Origin: Octopus sinensis
Lineage: Eukaryota
Direction of reading: 5' to 3'
Assembly (NCBI RefSeq): GCF_006345805.1
Contig: NC_042998.1
Span: 201,934,001 to 201,998,000 of the forward strand
DNA: 64,000 nt
Part shown: positions 1 through 15,505 of the stretch, piece after piece
Numbering within the stretch: the first letter of the stretch is position 1
Layout of the letters: every line of letters starts with the position of its first letter
Notes under the pieces: model-generated
Database searches by the model: none
What the model was told of the DNA's origin: nothing
Seen by the model: only the letters and a program-made list of their open reading frames with translations
Program-made: the position numbers and the translations under genes

Positions 1-225
1 TCTGGATGTACGTACCTATCTATTTTTCACTATTTCTTGTTCTACCTATCCCTTTATATATGTTGATAGATAGACTGAGGTATAGATGTATGTACACATT
101 CATGTGTACATGAAAATACATAATTTTCAGTAAACTACATGCGTATGTTTCCTTGATAAAACTTTCGATATAACTATATAGCATCCATACATACTTTTAT
201 ATATATATATATATATATATGTTCT

Positions 226-512
226 TTCATTCTTTTATTCTTTTACTTGTGACAGACATTTGACTGCGCTCATGCTGCCCGTTGTATAATCTGTGTATTT
301 GTCTGTGTGTCTATAATTGTCACCCTATCACCGATTCACCAACGGTGTTGGTGTGTTTAACTCCATGTATGTCAGCAGCTCGGCATAAAAGACTGATAGA
401 ATAAGTACAAGTTTTTTAAAAAAATAACAAGTCTGGGGTCGATTTATTCAACTAAAATCCTTCAAGGCACTGCTGCATCATGGTCGTAGTCAAATGACAA
501 ACATATAACAAA
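226..512. mobile_element. Two decayed 3' halves of the major tRNA-derived SINE in opposite orientations
   Basis: 226-275 matches the reverse complement of the SINE tail (cagcatggccgcagtcaaatgactgaaacaagtaaaaga). About 330-512 matches the SINE 3' half on + (ggtgtgttta..gatagaataagtac..ggggtcgat..gtcaaatgac), compared with the copy at 6773-7200. Confidence 0.7.
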
Positions 513-735
513 ACCAAAGAATATGTATGTATGTATATATACCATGTGTGTGTATGTATGTGTGAATGTGTGAGTATACATGTGTGTGTGTGTGTTTGTG
601 TAAGTATAATAAGTATGAAATGAACAGCTTCAAACAATGCAAAAAGTTTAAAAGACCTTTATATGTCAGGTGCAGCGGCTTATTTTCAGAAGAATACGGT
701 CAAAGAAATGTGTATTTACATAGATACTACCATTT

Positions 736-1068
736 GGGATAGCCCGTGGATTTTTTCACTTTGACCGGCAGATCTTTAAAATAATTTCTTTGTAACTAAA
801 CAATTTTAAGCTTCGTGTACTGGTAGTGCTGTTGACAAAATACGGCAGATATTGTATTCACCTCAACATATGTCATTGATTGGTTGCAATTGCCGAAATG
901 CAAGAAATTAAACAAGAAATAGCTTACAAACTACAGAATTTTCTCAAGAAAGCCAAGAGAAAAAGATATTTTATGTAACACACTACCAGTATACGAAGTT
1001 TAAAAGTGTTTAGTTACAAAGAAATTATTTTGAAAAATCTGCCGCTCAAAGTGAAAAGCTCCTATCCC
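736..1068. mobile_element. MITE-like element with ~90 bp terminal inverted repeats
   Basis: 736-828 (gggatag..ttttcactttgaccggcagat..cttcgtgtactggtagtg) is the reverse complement of 981-1068 (cactaccagtatacgaag..ctgccgctcaaagtgaaaag..ctatccc). No ORF. Confidence 0.75.
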
Positions 1069-1629
1069 GTTGCTTATGATAGGAGAAGCAACTCACTAAA
1101 CGCCGTAGAAGTTGTTGCCGTAGAGGTGACATTCAGGACGGTGGTGATCGAGACTGGGTAGTGTGGGTGTATGTTGAAAGCAGTGGTAAATGCTGTTGTG
1201 TTAATGGCAGTCGCACTTGGTGTTGTTTACATCGGTGTAGTTGGCGAAGGTGGTATTGGTAAGTGTCTTGGAAGTAATACATGATAGCTAGGCAACGTGG
1301 TTGATGGATGGCGGTCAGCAACAAACATCTGTCGCCGCGGCAGACAATAGCAGTGTTGGAGAATATATTGTTGCTAGATAACAACAGTATTAGCTGTCTG
1401 GGTTTCGAGGGTGTTGGTCGTGGTTGCAGTGATATAGGACGTATCTTGTAACACATTTACAGGAGGTATCAATTCAACTTCAATCGTGTATTGATTTTTC
1501 GATTTAAGTCGGTGGATCAGGAACGCTTATTTGATACTGATATTTCCCATGTTCCTCCCCGAGGACTTTTTTGGCTTTCATTCATTATTCTACTTTTGAA
1601 CAAAACTGCTCATCTCTCTCTTTCTCGCT

Positions 1630-1674
<45 letters not shown>

Positions 1675-1841
1675 GTATGTTTGTATATATATATATATAT
1701 ATAGACAATTAAATTAAGCAGCAGTTTAGCGATGTATCGCGAAAACGGAAAACTATAATTGTCATTGAATATATATGTGTGTTAGCATGGACGTAGTCAA
1801 ATGACTGAAACCACTAACAGAATATATATACATATACATAC

Positions 1842-1899
<58 letters not shown>

Positions 1900-1924
1900 A
1901 AGAGAGGTACATATGCACAATTTT

Positions 1925-2070
1925 TTTTTGCAATTCCATCTTTGAAATCCACTGACAAGTCTTTGGTAAGCCAGAGACTATAGTTGAAAGCGCTTGCCCA
2001 AGGTGTCAAGCAATGAGATTGAATTGGGAGCCATGTGGTTGAAAATCAAGAATCTTACTACACAGTCATG
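1925..2070 (-). mobile_element. Degraded SINE 5' half
   Basis: aaatccactgacaag..ttgcccaaggtgtca..ccatgtggttg..cttactacacag aligns loosely with the minus-strand copies at 11327-11732 and 45212-45629. Confidence 0.6.
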
Positions 2071-4169
2071 TATGTGTGTGTATATATGTGTGTGTGTATG
2101 GTCATTTACACGGATGTTTAGATATAATATGATAAATGTTTACGTGCCCCTTGAGTGGTGAGAGAAATAACAAATTAAATACCTTTACTTTCGGTCGCAT
2201 GTCAACATCATAAAATAAATAATTAAAGAAAGGAGTGAGGAATCATGACTATGAGAAATATGAAACGTGTGTGAAATCTGTTACGCCTTATTTGATATGT
2301 CGGTAAATGGAATTAGGGAAACAAGGTTTTTAGCTGAAGAGAGAGAGCGACAAGTTGGGCTTAGGATTTGCAGGTATGTAGGTGTGTGTCGAAAGCACTT
2401 TTGGATTTTGAATGTTTATGTGTGTTATTTAAAGAGAGAGCGCGTGCATGCTGGTTATATTCTATCGAATGTGTATGGTACGATGAGAGAGGAGCAGTGT
2501 ATTATCTTTGTATTGGTGTCCGTGGTTTGTGTGTGTGTGTGTCTGTGTGCACGAATATATGAGTGTGTATTCGTATACTTTTGCTTTCGTTTTACGTGTG
2601 AAGGATGGATGCTGCGCTGCTGAAGTTAATGTCTTGTTGTCACGATGTTCACGTGTTTTTCTGGGGTTTTTTTTCGAAATTAACACGTGTGTACAGGATT
2701 TTGTATGAGCAGTTTGTCTTTTCTTGTATGTGTGTCTAACGGATATGATGCGTATGTGTTTGTATGAGATAATAATGATGGGGGCTATGTAATAAGTTTT
2801 GTGAGCGCATTGCATTGTGCGCATGTATATAGATGCATAGTTCGGTTGCTATTTGAGAACGTTTAATGTGTATCTTTATGTTCCGTTTATTGAGAATGTT
2901 TAATGTGTATTTTTATGTTCCGTTTGGAGTTTGAGGTGCATTCTGTATACTGCATTATTTAAATGTGCGTATACGATGATTAGCAGCTCAGTATGTGTAT
3001 GTTCTTTGTGAATCAGAACATATGCGTTTGTGTGTCTTTGTCATACTTGCATCATGGATTTCATTTGCTTGTGTATGTGAATTTTTAGGCTTAGATAAGA
3101 GTCTTGGTGTCAGTGATAAAGCGTGATAATTCTCTGTGTTTATTTATGTATATATGTATATATATATTTTTTTTGGCTGTTGCTTTTAGTTCTGTTTTTG
3201 TTATCTGTGTCATCGGAATGTGTGTGCGGATATGTGAGGTGATTAAAACGAGGATTATATGGGGTGTTTATAGTTTATGTATCTTTATATAAGTATATTA
3301 TTCTGTAGAGTAAAGGAACTTTTTTAATTATAAATATTCTGAATCAACTACGAGAAACTATGTAACATGCGTCGTGTTACACTTCGTGTTTGCTAAAATA
3401 CTAACTAATATGGAGAAGTCCAATGTACATGAAGTATACCAACTCTGCTCGAACAATGCAATCAATGAAATAAATTTCACTTATTAATTCACTCAAACAT
3501 ACTTAATACAAGTTCTTATGGTCAAGAAACAGCGAATTGTTAATAGTCGAGATATATTGCAAAGCAGATGAATAATTCTTATAGTGGCTCTTGCGAAGTA
3601 CTCAGTCATATGCCTGTAAGCAGTGTCAAATGGAGCACTAGATATAGATAGAGACATTTTTCTATGGCTAGGACAAGAAGATGGTTGATTACAACACAGT
3701 GACGGTTGTGCGTTCACTGCAATAATATAGCAGAGAGTAGAAAGTGTTTGTGTGTATATGTCAGTATATGGCGTGTATGTATATGTATGTATACACACAT
3801 ATAAATGCGTGTGTATTTGTTAGTATATGTGCAAGTAAGTTTATATATATTAATACATAAATATATGTATTTATATATATATATATATGTGTGTGTGTAT
3901 ATATATACATATATATAATAAATATTTAATGCAAACTTATACACACGTTTATATATATAATTATATATATATATATATATATTTATTTATTTATTTACAT
4001 GCAAACATCTATCAAGCATCTATATATACGTACGTATATGCATATATACATACACACACACACACACATATATATATATACGAATTTATAAATAAGTGTA
4101 TATACATGCATACATGTATATATACGTATATATATATACATATATATATATGTATATATATATATATAA

Positions 4170-4230
<61 letters not shown>

Positions 4231-4257
4231 ATATATATATGTATATATATATATACA

Positions 4258-4317
<60 letters not shown>

Positions 4318-4830
4318 ACTCTTAGAAAATGTGATATGTTAAGGTAGCGAGAAGTCAAATGGCTTCAACATTCTATGATGGATTAGTTTCCTGCATGAAA
4401 AGAGTTTGAAACGATGATATATGAGATATGCTCTGGTTCAATATCCTGCACATATGAAAGCAAACACACGGTTGTCTAAAAAAAAGTGCTGTCACTCTCC
4501 AATACTATGTTGATATTATCAACAATTTCCGATACTATTAATAAATATGTAACTAATATATATTTAATTAGCATAATTTACACAGATATTTGCACGATTC
4601 AGGCCAATATACATACAAAATATCTCAACAGATTGAGTGAAAGTGCACCAGTATTGAGTATCAATATAACTTCATATAATGTACGCAAAAAAAAAAACTA
4701 GTTGAATGCGAAAATATTTATTACTTAAACTTGGCGTATGCATCTGCATAGATACTTATATATGCGTGTTTGTCTATAAGTGAGATGTTTTGAGTATTCT
4801 TCCATTTTTCCATGAGTAGGTTTGCACGCC

Positions 4831-4892
<62 letters not shown>

Positions 4893-5010
4893 GGGGACAG
4901 TGACAATGAGAGGGGTGAATGGTTTGAAATATATAACTTATGATTGTGTAATCAAACTTTACATCGGCATTTTTAAGCGTATGGTTAAGAGGGATTTAAA
5001 TATCATTGTT

Positions 5011-5700
<690 letters not shown>

Positions 5701-5748
5701 GTAGAGTGTACTGAATATATTGTCAAATATATATCGTTGAGCGAACGA

Positions 5749-5793
<45 letters not shown>

Positions 5794-6772
5794 TTCTAAA
5801 TATGCATTTATATCTAAGAATTTAAGTACCTTCTTGGAAAACATCGATATGATTTCAGCCTATTCCATTAACGTTACATCGTCGTAATAATGTACACTTA
5901 AGAAGCGTAACGAAAACCTCCAAGTGGGAGAATCTTTTACTAGATTCAAATGCAAAATGCCCAGGTTTCTTCAGTTTAACTATTCCGTATCAACTTAAAA
6001 CATTTTCTTATTTACTTAATGTGCGAACGTAATTTGTGATAGAGATGAGTGGAATTTTAAAAGTACTACATTTATTAGTACAATAATAGATAGATATCTA
6101 AAACCACACTTTGTATATTTATCTTTGAATAGAGCACCGGATATGCCCCAATGGAAATATGAAAGTAGATTTCAATCAGTTTACGAAAAAGAAACAAGAA
6201 GAATAATTCCTAGCGCTACTTAAAAGTTATAGCCGTGCTATGAAACGAATTAAAATTTTACATTGTGAGAGAAATTTAAACATCAAATTATGAATGCATT
6301 AAGATATAATCGAAAACCAGCTGCGAAAAATATAATGGTGAGTAAACTGATTTTTAAGAGCTAATAGAGGCATTTGTGAAATTTGCGCGTGTGTATATTA
6401 TATATATATGTACACTCTCCTATTACACACAGATCACTCAACCGCGCACACACATATATATTGAATGATTAATTATCTCTAGGTTTCTTTATCCGTAAGT
6501 ATGTCGATAGTATTGAGAATATTCATTCTATGCTCTGATATTTTAGCTATTTAATTATGTGATACAGTGAAATGGTCTCGTTGCAGTATGTTACTGGTAT
6601 GCCGAAGTTTTAGCTGCCGTTTCTATCACGCCCCATTGCTGTTAATATTTGTTTCTTAGTTATATGGCTCTAAATTTTACGATAATTTATGCATTCTGTC
6701 TGATAACATGTGTCTAGTAATCCCGAAGTTTGTAACAAAAAATTGACGGGGTTTGTAAAGAAATGTACAGTA

Positions 6773-6943
6773 GGCGCAGGAGTGGCTGCGTGGTAAGTAG
6801 CTTGTTTACCAGCCACATGGTTCCGGGTTCAGTCCCACTGCGTGGCATCTTTGGCGAGTGTCTTCTACTATAGTCTCGGGCCGACCAAAGCCTTGTGAGT
6901 GGATTTGGTAGACGGAAACTGAAAGAAGCCCGTCGTATATATG

Positions 6944-6980
<37 letters not shown>

Positions 6981-7200
6981 TGTGTGTGTTTGTGCGTCTG
7001 TGTTTGGCCCCCTTAGCATTGCTTGACAACCGATGCTGGTGTGTTTATGTCCCCGTTACTTAGCGGTTCGGCAAAAGAGACCGATAGAATAAGTACTGGG
7101 CTTACAAAAGAATAAGTCCCGGGGTCGAGTTGCTCGATTAAAAGGCGGTGCTCCAGCATGGCCGCAGTCGAGTGACTGGAACAAGTAAAAGAGAGAGTAA
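6773..7200 (+). mobile_element. tRNA-derived SINE, full length, most abundant family in the window
   Basis: Head ggcgcaggagtggctgcgtggtaagtagc with B-box-like ggttcagtccc, internal (TA)n/(TG)n, tail ..gcagtcgagtgactggaacaagtaaaaga. Several similar copies occur elsewhere in the window. Confidence 0.92.
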
Positions 7201-7356
7201 ATACTGAAATATTTAACCCAAACAGTCCAATGAAAGTATCATCAAAATTTCTGATATAATCTTAAAGTAAGATATGATGTGCGAAAATACATAACCCATC
7301 AAATTTATTTTATTACTCTACTGTTATTGCGTCGAGTTAATGTTCGGCCATATTTT

Positions 7357-7515
7357 GGTAACTCGCTGAATCATTATCACGCTTGGCCAAAATGCTTAGC
7401 GACATTTCGTCTGTCTATACGTTTTCAGGTCAAAATCCTTCGTGGTTTATTTTGCTATTCATCCGTTCAGCGTCGGTAAGATAAATGTCTGTGGAGTAAC
7501 GCGGTCGATCTAATT
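7357..7515 (+). mobile_element. Degraded copy of the second SINE family (see 47375-47610)
   Basis: aaatgcttagcgacatttcgtctgtc..tattcatccgttcagcgtcggtaagataaat..gcggtcgat resembles the reverse complement of 47375-47610. Confidence 0.55.
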
Positions 7516-8391
7516 ATACTATGAAAGACGTTACTTGTCCAAAGCAACATATACTTGGATTTTCTACATAGAAAGACGTTGCAATGGAACATCTTAATCC
7601 CGCAGGCAAAACTGAAACAATGCTCTCCGTTTCAATACCACAATAATATTTGCTGTATCTTTATGTTACTCTAAACATGTTTCTCCTACAACTGGTTATA
7701 AGGATCATCACTTAATTTAAGTTGTGTCTCACCATGTACGTTTCTGTCTTTCATCAACATACGGTTGCAGAACCTAGAAGCATGTACCGTCTAAACAGGC
7801 ACATGGATTAATTTAATACAAGATGTGAACAAATCAGTAACGATTTTATGATAATAGAGTCTGAAGCATTCAAAAAATTCAGGCATTCTAAAGCTGGTAT
7901 GCAAAAATAATCATTTTTTGCTACTATTAGAAATATCACTGAATGGATTCGTCTTTTCCCTCTCTCTCTCTCTCTCTTCTCTTCCTTTCTCTCTCTCTCT
8001 CTTTTTCCCTCCGCTCTCATTCATATTCTCTCTACGTGTCGGAGTAACTCTCACACTTCTGATAATGAGCGTAATCACGTAATTTTTTTTACAACTTAAC
8101 TACGTATCAGAATAAATAATTATTTATATTAAGTTTATATAGTACATGTGAAGTGATTAATTTTTATCTTGTAATCCATGTTCCCTACTTTCACACAATT
8201 GCATTGCACATAAATTGATTTGGATATAACGAGATTAATTATAAATAATCGATAATTGATTCGCAGAGCCACTTAATTCAGTACTATATTCCCAATTTTC
8301 AATACGCTTGCAGAATTATATATTGACCTACTTGAATTTATACACACACACATACACACACACGCACTCATACAGACATACATACACATGC

Positions 8392-8433
<42 letters not shown>

Positions 8434-8434
8434 A

Positions 8435-8590
8435 AATTAGAGACAAAACCACTATTATGCAAATCAAACAAAGAAAGACTTAAGCCAATACATAAAATAA
8501 TTTATAAATTAAAATTTAACAAATGAATAACCACTACGATCGTTTCGTGTCAGCACATCTTAGACATTCTGCAGGTGGTTTCTAAACCTT
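8435..8590 (-). mobile_element. (TA)n-anchored HHR-bearing element, same family as 48361-48928; HHR core mutated
   Basis: aattagagacaaaaccactattatgcaaatcaaacaaagaaagacttaagccaatacat is near-identical to 48451-48510. The minus strand at 8529-8580 reads aaccac-CTGCAGA-atgtc..gacac-GAAAC-gatc-GTA-gtggtt, with A6>C in the core. Confidence 0.8.
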
Positions 8591-8657
8591 CTTAGCGAGT
8601 TATAAACTATATATATATATATATAGTTACATAATACATAATGTACATATGTATGGT

Positions 8658-8689
<32 letters not shown>

Positions 8690-8746
8690 TATTTCGTTTT
8701 GGGATTTGGTTTGCAAGATTATTTATATGAGTTCGTGTGTTGAAGC

Positions 8747-8959
8747 ATATATTCTGTTGTGTCTGGGGCGAGTCATTTTCTTCTTTTGCTTTTGTGCCAC
8801 AGTCAAGTCAAGACTATTGAAAATGTTGCAAGACGCAACAAAAATTTTAGGAAAATAAAAATAAGAGATAAGTGGAATTTTACCGGTGAGTGTGTTACAT
8901 TATAAGGCACAAAAAGAAAATTACTCTCCCCAGACACAATACAATATATATACGTATAC

Positions 8960-9029
<70 letters not shown>

Positions 9030-9112
9030 TATATTAATATATATATATATATAATATATATATATATAATATATATATATATATATTCTGTTGTGTCTGG
9101 GGAGAGTCAATA
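8747..9112. repeat. Three fragments of one (TA)n-associated repeat in +/-/+ orientation
   Basis: atattctgttgtgtctgggg(c/a)gagtca at 8747-8798 (+), its reverse complement at 8906-8950, and again at about 9083-9112 (+). Confidence 0.7.
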
Positions 9113-9119
9113 TATATAA

Positions 9120-10790
9120 CAGGGTGCTATCAGGAGCAGCCGTCACTAGATTTCCAAAGAATGAACAGTTGGAACTTTAGATATTACCCAACCATCTGTT
9201 TCTAGTCTTAGGTGCCCTGGCAATTGGCTTCACTTGAGCAATCCGTTTTTCTTTTATCAATCTAATCACATGTCTACGTTACTGGAGATGCAATTTCCCA
9301 GTGCGCAGGAGTAGCTGCTCGAATAGGAGACCTTCCTACATCTCCAAGCAACGCTCCCAGTCCAGAAACGTTACTACAGACAATGTTCGTAGGAACCCCA
9401 TTTCTCTTGTATTCGCGAATGTACGCTTTCGGTTCACTCCTGAATGTTCATAGCCGAATTGAAAACTTTATCAATCTCTCCTCTTTTGCAGAACGAATGC
9501 TAGAGCTGACTCATTAGTGTTCCAGCATTTGCAATTATAGCATCTAATCTAGGATTCTACCTTCCATCATTCGCCAGTACGTCACCGTGATACTTCAAGT
9601 TCTTGACTTGCCTCATGTGATCTTCCACTAACTTGCAGAGTGCACTGAGATGAATTTCTTGACATACCAAATGTCTCTGTCTTTATACTTGCAGCACTTT
9701 GTAGTGGAACCATTCAGTGAAAGTTAGAAATCCTCCGCAAATATCAGCGAACTGATTCTGTAACCAGTGACTGTGATACAACTTCCACAAAGACTGAATA
9801 TCAATCCATATTGTAAAAATTATTAAAGGCTCGCGAGGAGGGGACCACATCCCCCATCTGCCAAAGTCTAATAACCACGTTGAAATGTTTCAATATGTTA
9901 TCATTATTTCGAAGGCATCAAGGTCTTTGAGACTTTGAGGCAACCAGAAGTTGCCAATTAATCGTAGATTCCGACAAATCCCTCCACAGTATGTCCCGCG
10001 CGTAAGTGGTCATATTGGATTTTCAAGGTCTCCAAATGTAGGAGTACGTTGTTGGCAATATTCCCAATGTTTTTAGAACTCCTGCTATTGAATGATTATA
10101 TTGCCACCAGTCGTGTTGCGTGCAAGAAGGAAACCACAATGTTCTTTACCACGAATTGAGATTAACAGTTTCCCTGTATGCCTAAGCTTACATTTCTTTT
10201 CAATAGACTTTTCTGAGGAAGCTGAAGAAGCACCTTTTTCAGAAACTTGGATTGTCATTAAATATTGGAGTTAGTTTGTTGCCTTTTCAGAAGTGCAATC
10301 ACCACTGCAATCACCTGCATATATGAATCAACTGGAGAATTTATTCGCTAGTTAAGACCTTTGATCACTTCTATGACTTTAGCCTTAATGGAGTTAGACT
10401 TCATGATGGTACAGATTGATAAAACACGGTCGGTAGAATATTAGCTTCTCGTAGCAATATCGACGAATCGAGTCTCTTCCACGCGCTTTTCCATTCTGGA
10501 GTATCTGGATCACAGTTGCAAGAGTTTCACCATCGGTGTTGTATGTCGTGGAGGTAATGCAAGAACAATAACGTTTCCAGATTTCTTCCAGCCACAGAGC
10601 ATTTTGTGAAACATGTATGTGAATAATCCATATTTTTATTGTTTTTTTCTTTTGTCTTGCTCGATTACATTTTGGTTGTTTTGCTAAATTTTTCTTGAGA
10701 ACATTTCTTAGTGGTAAGACCATAGCGGAACTATTTCTAGCATAAGTGTGTCCACATAGTGGTTTCCCTCTAATACGTATATAATACAAT
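9120..10790 (-). mobile_element. Decayed non-LTR retrotransposon RT/3' region, RTE-like
   Basis: The minus-strand translation gives RT-like motifs with stops and frameshifts: EHCGFLLARNTT (cf. EQCGFRxGRST), KHWEY..FGDLENP (cf. EKxWEY..FxDLEKAYD), GYRISSLIFAEDF (cf. FADD). Confidence 0.8.
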
Positions 10791-10936
10791 TTTACTGAAC
10801 CTTCAGTTTCTTTTATATGCTAGACTACTGGTGTGAAATCGATGTCAATTAAATTAATATCTAATTTCTCACCTTCATTTTAAATTTATATATATATATA
10901 CCTTTATACAAATATTTAGATAACGAATATACATAC

Positions 10937-11063
<127 letters not shown>

Positions 11064-11326
11064 ATAACAAAATGGAAAGCATCAAGAGGTGATATATCAC
11101 ATTTGATCCCCTTTATTTTCATATTGACGTATAAATTAAGGATAAAACAACTTTTTACCCTCACCTATTTATTACATTCAGTAGCGTAATCACCATGGCA
11201 TGCAATGGGGAAACAATTATATATTAATAATTGGTTATTCTACCAGCAGTATATTGAATAGATATTATCCCATACTTGGTTGGATTCACAACCTCTAACT
11301 CACTTTGAATTATATATGTGAATATA

Positions 11327-11732
11327 TACTCTTTTACTCTTTTACTTGTTTCAGTCATTTGACTGCGGCCATGCTGGAGCACCACCTTTAATCGAGCAAC
11401 TCGACCCCGGGACTTATTCTTTGTAAGCCTCGTACTTATTCTATCGGTCTCTTTTCCCGAACTGCTAATGACGGGGACATAAACACACCAGCATCGGTCG
11501 TCAAGCAATGCTAGGGGGACAAACACAGACACACAGACACACACGCACATATATATATATACATATATACGACGGGCTTCTTTCAGTTTCCGTCTACCGA
11601 ATCCACTCGCAAGGCTTTGGTCGGCCCGAGGGTATAGTAGAAGACACTTGCCCAAGGTGCCACGCAGTGGGACTGAACTCGGAACCATGTGGTTGGTAAG
11701 CAAGCTACTTACCACACAGCCACTCCTGCACC
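11327..11732 (-). mobile_element. tRNA-derived SINE, full length
   Basis: Reverse complement of the 6773-7200 family from head (cactcctgcacc) to (tactctt)n tail. Confidence 0.92.
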
Positions 11733-11776
11733 TATATTTTATATATTTTATATTTTATATTTTATCTAGTTTCAGC

Positions 11777-11778
<2 letters not shown>

Positions 11779-11870
<92 letters not shown>
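11779..11870. repeat. (GATA)n microsatellite; others at about 15875-15965, 24121-24245 and 43060-43160
   Basis: Directly visible. Confidence 0.95.
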
Positions 11871-14319
11871 CTTCATTGTTCACATATCCGGCTTTACTTC
11901 GAAATATTTTATTTCTCAAGAATTCGCTTACTCATATTTCACATCATTTCCATTTTGACATTTAAATTACTATTTATAATTCTGTTTGCGTTTTAGTAAA
12001 TACGTTTGCGAACGCGTCGATAACCCCCTAGGCTCCCGCATAAAGCGATAAAAAGTTCTCTTAATAAGAACAGGTAGTGCATGATTATAGCGAGGACATT
12101 TTACTGAAACAAATGCAGAATTCTTAAATTATACATAGAAAAAGAAAAAAAGTTCATAGAGGAAACGAAAAGTTGAAAAGATTTTTCTATCGAATTGTAA
12201 ATGCAATTATGCACTTATTGTCAGATCAAAATTTGCATAAAATATTTCGGTTTTTCCTTTCTTACATAAGATTATTCAATGTCATTACACCATTAAAACT
12301 CGCATTTGGAAATTAAAACAATTAATTTCACGAAAATTTATATTACACGATACAGCGGTATTTATAAAGATAAAAATTATTATGACAGTTATATCACTTC
12401 TATTTTATGTTGCAAATAGTATAAACTTTAACACCTTGAATTCGGTGCTCTGTGCCACTTATTTTATATGGTAATTGAGAAAACTCTGAAATTGTGATAT
12501 TTCTATCCTTATGAAACATCGCAATAAATTTAGCCACTCAAGAATTTGAAAAATACTGAAGCCCACTTATTGTTTTCCTATTGAAATCCAACAAAAAGTT
12601 TACCTGATAGGAAAACAGCATTTTCTATGTTAATATTATAATTTACATACTTTTCTTATGATGTTTCGGAAGGAGTAAGCCATTGTAGTTTTATTTTCCT
12701 CAGAACTTTCTTTGGCCTATAAATATCAATATTTTGTAATAATATTAGTGACTTATTAACAATTCACAAATCTTACAAGCAGGAACAACATTAAGAATAA
12801 GAAAACAATTTTATTTCAAAATAGGAGAAAACGTTCTTAAATTCAAAATACGAGGATTAAATATTTAAAAATGAATTTTGCATACAATGAAATTTTAGCT
12901 CAAAGAAAATACGATATAAATGCTTTAAGGAAAAGCAAAACTTGAGGATATATTAATTTGGTATTTTACACTACAGGAGAGCATAATCTATAGAGTGAAT
13001 TGTTCTGGTAGGCTGAATCTTAACTCTCTAAGGTTTTTGATGGTTTTCCTTGTAGAACGTGATTTAATAGTTAGAAAATTATCGTATTTTAAACCAAAGA
13101 AATTGTGAAAAGTAGTACTACAACGGGGTATCAATTGGAATCGTCACCTGGAAATTATTGCATGGGCATGCCAAAACAAGTCTGAAGCCCACTGTCTAGC
13201 ACTAAAACTTGAGATACCTGATCACAACCTTAGGAAGCGGAATTACATATTATAAACTGCTTTGAATGTTTACAATTATTAATTCACTTCATAATGTAAA
13301 TAAGGTGAATACTACAGTTTTTTTTCAGTTTTCTCGCTTATCATTTAAAAGTCAAACAACCACAATTCAAAGAGTTAGTTTTGATAGTTAATGACTTAGA
13401 ACAGTAAGTTTATAATGGGTGCTATAGTATTTACGCCAAGTATATTTTCGAACATTGAAATTAATTCAACTACATACTTTGAAATTGCTCGCGCCTGTTT
13501 CAATGGCATACTGATCAAGAAAAATGGTTTTATGTAAGAAAGGATATGTTGAGATATTTTATTTAATTTTTTATTTAAACGAACTTAAATACAACTAAAT
13601 TTACAAACCAACATGATGTTGTCGGAGGATAAGAGGCCTTCCTTTTAATGTTTTTATTCATTGTGCACTTATTTCGTAAGACTTTATATGATTTTTTAAT
13701 TGAAAACTTGAATATAAAGAATTTAAGATGGTTTCTTTTCCTTTTTCTTTCATATAATTCGACACAGTGAAGACAGAAAACACATCTACAGTTTTAGATT
13801 TGAAATGTGTCAGACACGAACAATGGGAGTCGTGTAGCCTCTGAAATATAAATGATAATGGTTGGATTTCTGTGCCATCGACATGATATCTGATTTATTT
13901 TATGTTATATTTTACTAAACATAGCTCTAAGTAGTGTGCTGCGTTCAACGTATTCATTCTACCGTTAATCGTATTAAGTTCAAAGCAACAACAATAAAAA
14001 AAGTGTTGATTCAAATTACAACAGAAGCCTTAGTAATTTTCAGAGATAACAAAATATTGAACGTAATATTTTAACACTTACTACGTCAGCTAAACTCACG
14101 CCATATGTTCATTACTACACACGCAAAATGAGAAGATACAATTACAATACAAAAATATTAATATATGTGCGTAACTATGTGTAAGTACATATATAATATA
14201 TACAAAATATGTTGTGTGTGTGTCTGTGTGTTTGTGTGTGCGTGTGTAAGGATATCAGCAACGGCTGGGACTCCGGCAACGACAACAACGACGCTGAGTT
14301 AACGCTGAGTAAACGAAAC

Positions 14320-14690
14320 AAAAGTTGGTGTGGCTACCATATCCGAAACACAGATATGAAAATGTGTCGGTTAAACTGCGCTCCCATTTAAGCAAGTCTG
14401 AACAACATTAAGCCCTCTTTTCGTTAATCGGAATGGAGCAACCTAACCCTAACACCACATGTCTCGCCAGTCGCGAATGTCACCTAAATGAGGCCTGAAC
14501 TCCCTACATAATTAAATAGAAGCTCCTTAAGAAACCTGGGCTTTTATAAACCGGAGAAACGATCTAAGCTTTGCTTGGCTGACATGACAAGAATGCTTAA
14601 AATCTCGCTCGGACAATGGAACTTTTTAAACACCAGGAATGAAATATTAAGACCATGCCTACAACTAAAGCTATTTTGATTTCACTCTTG
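14320..14690 (+). mobile_element. Penelope-like element GIY-YIG endonuclease relic, Naiad-like C-terminus
   Basis: Frameshifted translation VATISETQI*KCVG*TALPFKQ (cf. YxG-T..PFKxR), PNTTCLASRECHLNEA*TPYIIK*KLLKK (cf. NSTxLS..W.LK....Y.IKW), KRSKLCLAD..LNTRNEILRPC (cf. CxLC..EK..LNKRxE...C). Confidence 0.65.
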
Positions 14691-14969
14691 GAATTTCCCA
14701 TTCATTGAAAAGTTCTATCAAAATTCCTTCGCATATCAGTATGACCGATGCAATAGGAAACACAGCCCCGCCCGCAGCGCAGACAAGTATGTTTTTGCGT
14801 ACAAAACCAACTGACTGCTACGTTTTTCTTCTTCCGGTTTCGCCAAATTTGCTAAGAGCTTTATACGCGAGAAATAATGGTTACTCTATGGCCGTCTATA
14901 ATTTTAACGTCGTAAACAATACCTTACTGCTATAGAGCTTGCTTCTTTTTCAGACATATGAACGATTGA

Positions 14970-15005
<36 letters not shown>

Positions 15006-15505
15006 GAAGGTTTGAAAATTCAATTTTAAAGATGTTTATTCACTTGACCGATTTCACTTTTTTTAGAAAAATATTGTCAAAAGTAAAATGTAAAGATTTT
15101 TGTGAGCTATTTACAAGTATTGGTTATCTCAAAAGTATTAAAATACAGATATACATTCTTTGATAAACAGTTTACCACATAGTATTTAAGAAAGTAATCT
15201 GATCAGGATTCCGAAAAGTATTTTGAGTTCAATAAAAATCATGTTTGTTTGGTAGTATATATATACACAGAAGGAGATGTATTTAAGAATTTACAAAAAT
15301 TGTAGAGGAATAACTGACATGTCTTTCTGGCATGTTCTCTTGTGATAGCTAATCTTTAAAGTTACATCTTTAAACTGTCTTTCTTATATATTTCCACTTG
15401 TGCAGTATCTTACAACTTTACTTTGTTATATATATATATATATTATTGTGTGTATATTCGTTTTGCAAGATTATTGATATGAATTCGTGTGTTGAAATAG
15501 GTATT

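Noticed and set aside
1133-1456. 107-aa ORF and Thr-rich alternative frame
   Set aside because: Low-complexity ACC/ACA-rich sequence with stops in the Thr-rich frame and no recognisable domain.
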